Below, in pieces: positions 11,936-21,766 of a stretch of DNA of 30,142 bases (within the stretch, counting starts at the first letter, position 1; every line of letters starts with the position of its first letter). The DNA lies in contig NC_057719.1 of NCBI RefSeq assembly GCF_004010195.1, positions 84,308,658 through 84,338,799 on the forward strand, in the 5' to 3' direction. The notes under the pieces are model-generated. The model saw only the letters and a program-made list of their open reading frames with translations, searched no databases and was not told the origin of the DNA. The stretch is from Chiloscyllium plagiosum (taxonomy: Eukaryota). The position numbers and the translations under genes are program-made.

Positions 11936-12431
11936 TTATTTACTTATTATTCTGTGATATGGTTACACTTTGAAGTGGGTTACAACATGAAGAGAGTACT
12001 GGCCTCCTGTCCCTATCTGGAAATACCACAATAACTCAAACAAACCCGAGTGACTAGAAGAGAGATACCTTCAGCCTGCTCAACCATAATTGTGGGAGTT
12101 TCAAGTTACTGTTCATAGGTCTAGTAGCAGAAGTCCATTGCAGGAAGGAGGGCAGAGAAAGGGAAGGAGTTGCACCCTTTATAAGTACTAGACTTGAAAT
12201 CAGTGTAATGACAGTAGTGAGTACATAGTGGGATATTACTGCTTTTTCAGAATTCCCTCATCTTTTCCTTCTTAATGATGGCTTCACCTTGCTTTCTTCA
12301 TGAACAAATGCTTTCTTTTGGGGAGGAGGGTATGATGGCATTGATGACTTGGTGCTGAGACTCTTGTATAACTTAAGGTGCCAAGAGTCAACATTGCTCT
12401 GCTTAGGGCTGGAAACCTTTCGCAATCTTAC

Positions 12432-12583
12432 CTGGTTTCATCAGTTGCCATGAAAAAGACGTCGCCTGGGGCATCGATCCAGTTTAATCGCCTACGCTTC
12501 ACTGGTGGCACCGAGCCTGCTCGTGGAGCTCTGACACTGGCTGGGTAAGATCTCCCATTGACCATAGAGTTTCGAGCAGGTCC
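12432..12583 (-). CDS. MTA1: Internal coding exon of a metastasis-associated (MTA, NuRD complex) gene, best matching the penultimate coding exon of MTA1
   Basis: Minus strand: acceptor ...cctctgccctcctgcag|GGA at 12583, donor ACCAG|gtaaga at 12432; 152 nt, phase 0 in and phase 2 out. Translates GPARNSMVNGRSYPASVRAPRAGSVPPVKRRRLNWIDAPGDVFFMATDET(R), an ungapped match to the recalled human MTA1 segment GPSRNLLLNGKSYPTKVRLIRGGSLPPVKRRRMNWIDAPDDVFYMATEETR. MTA family is secure; MTA1 versus MTA2/MTA3 is less certain. Confidence 0.88.
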
Positions 12584-13229
12584 CTGCAGGAGGGCAGAGG
12601 ACAATAATATGGTAACTGGGAAAATGAAAAATGGCCTTGTGTAGATGGCATTCTTCAGATAGCCAGAACACTTTGTCCTGCAACAACTTAAAACACCATT
12701 AGGTGGATCGGATCTGGCCAGAACCATTTCAAATCCAAACCAATAGCTCTCCACAGCTGAATTAAGATGTTGGAAGATATAGTAATTTCGCACTCTGGTG
12801 GGATATTTGGTTCATTGGAAAGCTCAGGGCAGAGTTCAACTTCTTCCCCTCATTTACCCACCTCTCCATATTTCCCTAGTGCCACCAGTTAACAAGAGAA
12901 GGGACCCTTAACTCTCACTTTTGGATGACCTCTTCCTCTGATTGAGGCAGTTGTTGGTTACAGTTACACTGATACAAAATTTGAAGGCAAATTCCAACTG
13001 GATCACCTTTTAACAATGAGGAAAACGACAGTCTGTTAAAATTCACCACATTCTGCTAAACAATGTTCCCTTTAAACTGCACCACAGCTGTGAGTTTCAC
13101 ACATGCCAATGCATTGACTTCTACGTACAGAAGCTCTGCTGTGCATAGACCTTTGAGGGTGCACAATGGAAAACAGAAATTTGAGAGAACATTATTGCAA
13201 AATTTCAGTGGATTCTGCTAAAATTAACA

Positions 13230-14720
13230 AATAGGTCGTTTGGATCTGCCAGCCTTCTCTGCCATTCACTAAGATCATGGCTGATTTTTTTTAAATCTCA
13301 ACTCCATCTTCCTTGATTCCCTTGGGGTCCAAAAATCTGTTGATCTCCATCCTGAATACACTTAACAGGTCAGCATCCATCACTCTCTCGGGTACAGAAC
13401 ACCACATCTTTTCACCTCCCCTGTATAGCTCCTTAAAAACACTATATTTCAAAATGATTTTTTTTTCTAAATTCTGGGGCTTGGGCTATTTAAATTCTTC
13501 TAATACAACAATGCTCACATCCCAGAAATTGTACAGAATCTTAATTTCTTGAATTGGACATCATTCTTTAGTTAAGAAGACCAAATCAAATACAGTGCTT
13601 CTGTTGCGAACTCACCAAGCTCCTTTCGAATGCTGTTAAGAATTCCTCATTCCAAACCCTTCACAATACAGTCTAACACACCATTTGCTTTCTTAATTGC
13701 TTGCTGTAACTGGATATTAACTTTGTGATTAAAGTATAAGGTCAATTTCCTCCGAATATCATCAATTCCCAGTTTCTCACCTTTTAAAAATATATTACTT
13801 TTCTTTATTTCTTACTAAAATGACAACCTTAATCACATAACTTCTTCACATTCCATGGCATCACCATGTTCTTGGCCAATTAGCAATTTTAAATCCCTTT
13901 GCATCCTTTTTTGCTCCTCCTACATCTTACTTTCCCTCCTTAACTTTGCATCATCAGCAAACATGGGTACATTACAAACTCAGTCTTCTGATCTCATCTA
14001 AGCTACTGTTATATTTGATAAAAAGCTGAGGTTCGAGCACTGATTCTTGTAGTGACCCACTAGTTACAGCCTGTAATCCCAAACACTTTGTTGCTCCTCT
14101 GTTTTCTGTTCATTAGTCAGTCTCAATCCATGCTAACATAATTACTGTATTCCCAATTCCATTAGCCTCAAACTTATGTACATCGCCTTATTGAATCCAA
14201 CTCCAAAAAGATTGACTTGAGAAGCATGACTTCTCTTTCACAAGCTTCTACAAGTCCTGTTATCACATGCTAACAATCCCACTAATGACGTGAAGAGATA
14301 AGTCGCTGAATTTTAAGGAATAAATTCAGAATTTCTTGTTCCCTGCTTTGTCTCTTTTTTCTTGAGTAACGGTGTTACGTTTACACTTTCCAATCCAGAG
14401 GACAAATGGAAATGTACATTCATTGTGAATTAATTCTGCCTTTATCATCTTTTACTTTTTAAATCTGGTTTCCCAATTCAACTTAGTCAACCTGTCCCTC
14501 ATTCCGACTTAAGTTTGCTTTGTTCAGATATTTAGTTAGTTTTGCCTTAACTACAAGTTCTGTCATGTTACAATCACCCTTCCCAAAAAGGCTCATTAAC
14601 CAGATTTCATTTCACAGTATCAGATCTACATAGCCTGAAACCTTGATGGTTCCTCAAAATACTGATCCAGAATCTTGATCTTGAATGCATTCCTTGAACT
14701 CGTCGTCAGTGTTATTATTA
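13230..14720 (-). mobile_element. Highly degraded CR1 LINE
   Basis: 3' end GCCATTCACTAAGATCATGGCTGAT at 13261. CTTTGCATCATCAGCAAACAT (~13944-13964) is the reverse complement of MFADDAK. Confidence 0.7.
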
Positions 14721-16459
14721 TAAATGTGGTTTGCCCAGCCACAGAATAGGAACAAACATTTAGCACCACAATCTGTTCCACCATACAATGTCTAACCTGT
14801 GACCTAATTCTGTATGCCCACCTTTGCCCCACATTTCTTAAATCCTTTGGTATCAATATAATTTTTAAAATTAACACTTTGTCAATTGCTGTTTGCAGAA
14901 GAGATTTGTTTAAAATTCAATCATGGGATGTGGGCACACCAGCTAGACCAGCATTTAATGTCCTCAAAAAGGTGGTCGTGAGCTGCCTTTTTGAATTGAA
15001 GTCCTTTGTGCATTTAGGGAGTGTATTCCAGGATTTTGACACAGCACGAGTGAAGGGGTGTGCGTGCATGCATGTGTGTGCAGTTCCACGTCAGGAAGGT
15101 GTGCGGTCTGGAGAAAACTAGCACATGATGTTGTTCCCATTTACCTGCTGCTGCTGTTCTTCCAGACGGTAGAGTTTGTAGACTTGGAAGGTATTGTCTA
15201 CAATTTGCTTCCTGTTAATTCTGGATGCTAGATTGGAAGGAGTGTAGTATTGACTGGTTGTTAACTCAAGTATAGTCAAATTTCTTTGGTTTGCTTAAAA
15301 TAATGGAATCTTGGGGCTGTTTCCTCTTAGTGAGTTACTGCAATTTCTAATTTTGACTACTTCAAAACTAAGGCTACTCGTCACTAACTGGATCATAACA
15401 AAATTTGTGAATTTCATCCAGGTGCATAACAAAATTTGAAAGTCCAGATTGGAATTGTAATAACATCTTTATGTAAAATCAATATTCCAGGTGAGAATGA
15501 TCAAAAAAGGAATGTTACACAAGATGCAACCAACACTGAGATATTTGAGTCTTCTGGTTCATTGTCCCAATGGAATATCCAATTTGAAAATCAAGATGCC
15601 CAAAAATAAAGGGCATCAGATACAAATCCTTTGATTTCTCTCCTTTACAGGGTTAGCAGCAACTTCAACACCAATCCAATCCTGTAAGTTCAAGCTTGCA
15701 CTTAATGTGACAATATCTTACACCAGCCCAGGTTACAATCTTAGAACAACCCCAATCATGTTACAATTCTATGATGTCCTGAAACACCAGCCTCTTTTAC
15801 TGTTGAATGTTAGCTGTTGGCATCAGCCTGCCTCCTAGATTAACATCTCCTTCAGCAGTCAAATATATTGTGTATACTTTAAAGACCAGGAGTCAAGTTA
15901 TTGGTAGGGACGGCAGAGATGGCAATTGGAATGGTATCAGCTCCTCAAGGTCATTCTGTGAGGTCACCTATAGTGCTCAGTTGAAGGTCAGCAGCAAACC
16001 ACCAGTACTGTTGACAGATCACTAGGTCAAACAAAGGCATATGGAGGACAGGCACTAAGGAAATGTATCAAGGTAATTACTGTCATTTTGTGTGCATTAT
16101 GTATGAATAAACCTGGAATGGAAATGTGCCTCTACTGTGATTTTTACTTTGGGTTATCAGAAAGAGGAAGATGCAATGACCATAAAAGGGAAAAGGTAAA
16201 GAGTATGAAACCACTGGTAAGTCGGAAGGTATGTTTGAGGTTTCTGGTATTGTTTATGATATAATCCATTTCTTTTGTTCATTCATGGGGTGTGAACATT
16301 TCTGAAAAGGCCAGCATTTATTGCTATTGAGTGACCTTGAGAAAGTGGTAATGAACCATCACATAGTAAAGACACTCCCATAATGCTGGTACAGAGAGTG
16401 TTCCAAGGTTTTGACCCAATGACAGTAAAAGAATGGGGACTTTGAGGGTCCTTGCAGGT

Positions 16460-18014
16460 GCTGGTCTTACGATACATGTAGAATCCAAGAAGAGAGGTGC
16501 TGGTAGCTTCCCTTTCTCCTTCTCTTCCTCAACTTTGTGTTGCATTCGTCCTCTTCTTCCTCATTCTCCTCAGCAAAGGCTAAGCATATGACAACATAGT
16601 AACAACAAATCTTGATATCATTTAGCTGTAAACCGCAGGTCAACTCCTAAATGGTGGTAGTAACAGAAGCAACACTTGAGGACTCTAATGCTGTATAGTG
16701 TTCATTGATGCTATGTTATGTAACATTCCTCCTAAGTGATTCTGGTAGCAGATGTGCTTCGTGAGGACACTGACGGTGTGCTGTAAAACATTCTTTGTGG
16801 CAGCATGATTCTTATTGCTGTCCACATTTGCACGAGTTCCTAGCTGGAGTCAAGAGTCATGTCATGAGTGGACTGGCCTTGTTACCCATCAACCAGCCTT
16901 TACCTTATCAAATACAAGTGAAACAGAACACTATCGTAGAATGTGGGAATTATAACTATTGCCAGGATAGTGGGTACTGTTGGCAAACATTATCTGCACA
17001 CTGAACAAGTGAAATTCCTTTTGGGTGATGATAATAGCCAAGTTCAGATGAGGCATGTACAACATAATGTACAAGCAATTATAGGGATGCTATACTTTAG
17101 AGTATAATCTACATACATAATCTACATACATAATGTATGTAAAATGTCATGTTGATTCTGAATAGCATGTTTCTATTTGTAGACAGAGTCCCTGTTACCT
17201 CCTAAGAACAGAAATGTGTTACAAACTGAGAGATGCTGCTTATTCAGAAGCAGCCGACTGAAAGGAGCCTGACACATAAAAGTGGAGAGTCACTTTGACA
17301 ATGACAGGTAATGCTATCCTTGTACTTCTGTGGTTACAGTTTGCCGTTGCAGCAATGGGCATATTTCAATCATGACCTTTTTCCATGATGCGAAGACATC
17401 TCATGGATCAGTCCTTGTTGAAGTTATAGAGTTGCATAGTCATACAGCACGGAAACAGACCTTTCAGTTCAACTCATCCATGGCAACCATGTTTCAAACT
17501 AAACATACCCATCAATCTCTGGTTGTATGAACAGAATCTTTTCTCTTGCCAATTCTCTAGTGTCAGGATTCCAAAACACTTTTAGTAAACATTCCCTCAT
17601 TTTCCAATCATTTCCCACCCTGACTTTTAGGAAACATTTCCCAATCAGCTCTGTTTACAAATTTGTTTTAAACTGTCCTTCGTCCTTCTCACGGAAGCAC
17701 CACTTCGATAACCTATTATCCAACAAACACCTTCCTCTAGGTAATTCTATTGCTGACTAACTTCCAACACTCATACCCAAGGCATGTAGAATATATCTTC
17801 TCATGTCTGTAAAGCTTTTTTTGAGGAATTGACTATTTTGAAGCAGACAGCAGCATTAAACACTGACACAAAATTGGAATAATAGAATTGTTCCTTTAAG
17901 GTTCTGAGTTGATATGGCCACCTGCTGGGTGCCCTTCTCCAGTTCTCTCATGTAGCAGGTAGTCCATGGTCTCGTCACATTCCATTGCCAGAGAAACCCT
18001 CACAGATCACTCAT
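16460..18014 (-). mobile_element. Fossil PIF/Harbinger DNA transposase (HARBI1-like, DDE_Tnp_4), disrupted by frameshifts, stops and insertions
   Basis: Ordered minus-strand blocks: RRAPSRWPYQLRTLKEQFYY (~17940-17880); IALPVIVKVTLHFYVSGSFQSAA (~17318-17250); QKEFHLFSVQIM and HYPGNSYNSHILR (~17025-16935); GWLMGNKASPLMT*LLTPARN (~16898-16836); NKNHAATKNVLQHTVSVLTKH (~16816-16755); ISRFVV (~16618); acidic EENEEEEDE tail (~16570). The order is colinear with Harbinger motifs ALxFYASGSFQ, RKGFHSLNVQ, YPGSxHD, WLLGDxGYPL..WLMTP and H..TR..IE.TIG.LK.RF. Confidence 0.85.
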
Positions 18015-18413
18015 ATCTGTAAATAGCTTCTTTCAGCACAAGATCTTAAGTGACCATAACAATGACTTGAACATCAGTCTGATGGCACCTTGCTAACTGT
18101 TCAAACTCTAATCAAGCATAGAGTCCTCGTTGAAAGTTCTAATTGTGCTCCTGGAAATCATGACTTTAAGTGAAACAACTTTAAGCAAATCATAGGTTCC
18201 CATAGGAATCAAAGCTAAAGCCTGAGTTTGATTCTTACAGGAAATTCCCATCTGGAAAATACATGCAAGCTAAAGTGCCAGCACTGTTCATTCCTACCTG
18301 AATAACTTTCAAAATAAAACACATCAGAAATATAAAATAAATGCCACAGTATATGATGTCTTAAAGAATTGAGCTCCAGTGAAAATTGGTCAATGCATGA
18401 TATTGCTGGGTTC

Positions 18414-18448
18414 CAGCAATGACCAACTACTGCCACTAGATGGAGCCC
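18414..18448 (+). promoter_or_regulatory. Candidate CTCF binding site with upstream module
   Basis: Core CCACTAGATGGAGC (18433-18446) differs by one base from the 12-bp core CCASYAGRKGGC. It is preceded by CAGCAATGACC at a spacing compatible with the ZF9-11 upstream motif. Motif match only. Confidence 0.5.
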
Positions 18449-18611
18449 ACGAGTGCCAATCCTGTAAAGGAACCAGAAGAAAAGGAGACGCTACAAACAG
18501 ATCCCAAGGCCTAAGGTATAATCCCAGTTCCTAAGAACAGTGAATGAGCCACAAGGCTAGGGCAAGGGTGGAGAAATGCAACAATAGATCAGGTGGGAAG
18601 CAATGCTAGGA

Positions 18612-18905
18612 GATTTGGAGGCGCCAGTGTTGGACTGGGGTGTACAAAGTTAAAAATCACACAACACCAGGTTATAATCTAACAGGTTTATATGGAAGTA
18701 CTAGCTTTCGGAGCGCTGCTCCTTCATCAGGTGGTCATTCATTTCTGATGAAGGGCTCTTGCCCAAAACGGCGATTCACCTGCTCCTCCAATGCTGCCTG
18801 ACCTGCTGTGCTTTTCCAGCACCACACTCTCGACTCTAATTTCCAGCATCTGCAATCCTCACTTTCTCCCTGTTAGACTATAACCTGGTGTTGTGTGATT
18901 TTTAA
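18612..18905. mobile_element. Chimeric fold-back PLE-derived element with 11-bp TSD
   Basis: TSD CAATGCTAGGA at 18601-18611 and 18906-18916. Inverted arms TTAAAAATCACACAACACCAGGTTATA / TATAACCTGGTGTTGTGTGATTTTTAA. Internal ~18738-18870 derives from a second PLE family. Confidence 0.8.
18699..18733 (-). ncRNA. Minimal type I hammerhead ribozyme motif (PLE-associated) with intact catalytic core
   Basis: Minus strand CAC-CTGATGA-A-GGAGC-AGC-GCTCC-GAA-AGCT-A-GTA: CUGANGA box, 5-bp stem II, GAAA box, palindromic AGCU in place of helix III, and a CUA cleavage triplet. Helix I has only 2 bp in this copy. Confidence 0.65.
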
Positions 18906-19499
18906 CAATGCTAGGAAATTAAGCCAGTCTTCTTGAAAAAATATTGTGTCCTGATGTTCCTTTGAGGTACCCCAATATGGAGCCAACTAAGGCCCAACAC
19001 ACCATGACATTAAATGCAGATGCAAGATATTAAACCAGAAATTAATACATAATCCAGAGAAATAGGTCCTAAAAATAAAATAAGGTTGAAATGAATATTT
19101 TGCAGGGCAATGTAAAACAAGGATTACCTGTATATGAAAGCTCCAAAAGCACAAAGGTAGAAGAAACACATCATGACACATTTGATTAGTGCTTTTGGGG
19201 GAGTAGGGTATCAGACAAGGTTCAGACAAGGCAACTAGTTTGCAGCATCATCTCATTGCTCTACAGCTTGGTGATGCTCATTAGATGAATGCCACCAAAG
19301 CCATTTATCAAGATACTACCTTGCATTTTCCATATTCAAAGTGTGCAGGCACATCTTGAAAATAATGTTGCAATTTCTTTTGTGGCCACTAAGCACTAAG
19401 TGGTCAACTGTAATCTCCAAATATCTCCTTTAACATCATTCTTTGATCTTGTGAGTGACCTCGTGGGCTAATCACTGATTACAACAGTTTGCTCTTTCC

Positions 19500-20810
19500 G
19501 TTTAACATTGTTACAGACGCTGACTGAAACAGTTCTGTATGTAACTTTTAACACAGTTGACTTTGTCATCTATCTCCAACACCCTCCAGTTGTCTGGGGA
19601 CTGAACTCACCTTCTTTCATTCCTATCTATCCTGTCATAGCTAGAGACAATAATTTCTCTTTCCAATCCCTCATTGTCTCCAAAGACCCCAAAGAATCCT
19701 TGGCTTCTTCCTATTTCTCATATGTATACTGCCCCTTTGTGATATCTTGCCAAAACTCATTACATTCCAAGTAACATTGAAGATACCGAACTCTACCTCA
19801 TCCCCTCCTTTCTCAACCGTCCATTGTCTGCTAATTGTCAGACAGGGGTTGTCTGATATTCCGTATTGGACAAGATTAAATTTCTTTTAACTACTTGGAA
19901 GTCTAGGCTATCATCTTCTATCCCCATCAACCTGAAACTGCCTCTCTCCTTGGTCATTATCTGAGGTTGTAGACCTCAGATTGCAACCTCAACAGCCAAG
20001 ACACTTTGGGATGAACTTCCAACCAAACAGACCATCTAACAACTACTTCCACCTCCATAATTTCATTCATATCCACACATAAGACTCATAGTCATAGAAA
20101 CAGACCCTTCGGTCTAACTTGTCCATGCCGACCAGATATCTTAAATTAATGTTGTCCCATTTGCCAGCATTTGGCCCATATCCCTCTAAATCCTTCCTAT
20201 TCATATACCCATCCCGATGCCATTTAAATGTTGTCTTACCTCAGCTCAGCTTTGGGAACTCTCATCTTTGCCTTTGTTGCCTCTTAACTTGAATACACAA
20301 TAATTTCCTGGCAAGTCTCCCATTTTCACACTCTTGCAACTTGAGGTCACCCAAAACCATTTTCCGTGTACTTTGACTTACACCAAGTACTGTGCTCTTT
20401 GGTCTACAGTGGTTCCCAGTCCAGCAACCAACACAATTTTAAAATGTTCAGCCTGGTTTTCAAATCCCTTAGGCATCTTGCGCCCCCCATCTCTGTAATC
20501 TTCTCCAGACCTACAATCCTCCAAAATTTATTTGCTGTATTAATTCTGGCCTATTTCACAAGTCCAATATTCACTGTTTCCCATTAGTGACTGTGCCTTC
20601 AGTGCAGTGCCTGGGAGATCTAGAATTCTCCCCTCTAAACCATTCCAAATTTATCTCTCTTTGCTCTTTTGAGATCCTTCTTAAAACCTACCTCAATAAC
20701 TAGGTTTTTGGTTACTTTCAGTAAATTCTCCTGATATAGTCATTTCAAAATGTTTTGTGAAATCACTGAGTCGCTTTACTTTGTTAATGGTGTAATATAA
20801 ATTCAAGTTG
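19500..20810 (+). mobile_element. Degenerate L2 LINE 3' portion with a CR1 tail insertion at ~20083-20235
   Basis: GAAGATACCGAACTCTACCTC (~19779-19799) gives EDTELYL for DDTQLYL. TACTTCCACCTCCATAAT gives YFHLHN. NFKMFSLVFKSL in ORF 20366-20587. CTTAAAACCTACCTC gives LKTYL at the C-terminus. Confidence 0.75.
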
Positions 20811-21334
20811 TTTTTATTGTTATTTCCACACCAACCTCACATTATGAAGAGTGAATGATGACATCACTGAGTTTCATTCAAACTGAGGTCCAAGAGAGGA
20901 AAGGACATTTTGCAAATCCAAGTCTTTCATAAATTTGTCGCAAGTCGAGACTCCAATTTGACCTGAATTCTTTATACGTTTATAGGTTTTCATAGCAAAG
21001 GAATCAATGGGATTAATTGGCAATTCCAGAAAATAACAAAGCGAACAGTTTTCAGGGAAACAGAATGTATTTCAGAGTGCTGCTCTTTGCTGTCAACTAG
21101 ACTGAGTCAAAGAGCTGGGAAACTAACTGACATTACACAACATGAAGAACTAATCAAAAGCACCAAAACATTATCATATCCAAAAATTAAACTCCCTCCA
21201 GTTCACAGTTCGTTGTTAACTATTACAGATACATGTCAGCATGTTGTTGCCAAAAACTAACAAAGATTCATCCTGGATAAGTAACACACAACAGCAAGTC
21301 CCTATTTATTGTTGCCCTGTTCTATGTTATTTCA

Positions 21335-21504
21335 AGGTCAAAAATCACACGACACCAAGTTATAGTCCAACTGGTTCACTTGAAAACACTAGCTTTTGGA
21401 GCGCTGCTCTTTCATCAGGTGCTAGTGACTAATGTTGGACTATAACCTGGTGTCGTGTGATTTTTGACCTTGCCCAACCCAGTCCAACACCGGCACCTCC
21501 ACAT
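21335..21504. mobile_element. Fold-back PLE-derived short element with hammerhead motif (G12 mutated) and ~12-bp TSD
   Basis: Arms AGGTCAAAAATCACACGACACCAAGTTATAGTCCAAC / GTTGGACTATAACCTGGTGTCGTGTGATTTTTGACCT. Minus 21387-21421 reads CAC-CTGATGA-AAGAGCAGCGCTCC-AAAAGCTA-GTG. TSD TATGTTATTTCA (21323-21334) / TATATTATTTCA (21505-21516). Confidence 0.8.
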
Positions 21505-21766
21505 TATATTATTTCACGTTTTGGTCAGTTAATGGGGGCTATATTCTAGAATATTCTTTCTTTTACCAAATGGAGAACAGGTCCTAAGGGGCTGAATCCC
21601 TACTCCTACTTCACATGTTTGTGTGTTTAGTGTTAAAAAGTAAGTTTTAAAGTCATTTCCTGCTGATCTGACATTGGGCTACATGACCTCGAGGCACCAT
21701 TTGGAACAGCCTCTACTAGAATTAGAATGTTTGGAATTAGAATCCCTACAGTGTGGAAACAGGCCA

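Noticed and set aside
12258..12431. 57-codon open frame (VRLRKVSS...KPSLRRKR*) directly after the donor site
   Set aside because: Out of frame with the exon, preceded by an in-frame TGA, and no recognisable homology.
12584..12793. N-terminal part of the 121-aa ORF 12428-12793
   Set aside because: Lies upstream of the cag acceptor at 12584 and has no MTA similarity; intronic read-through.
17917..17928. Perfect CTCF-like 12-mer CCAGCAGGTGGC on the minus strand
   Set aside because: Falls within Harbinger coding remnant (PSRWP codons) and lacks good flanking positions; probably coincidental, though binding is not excluded.
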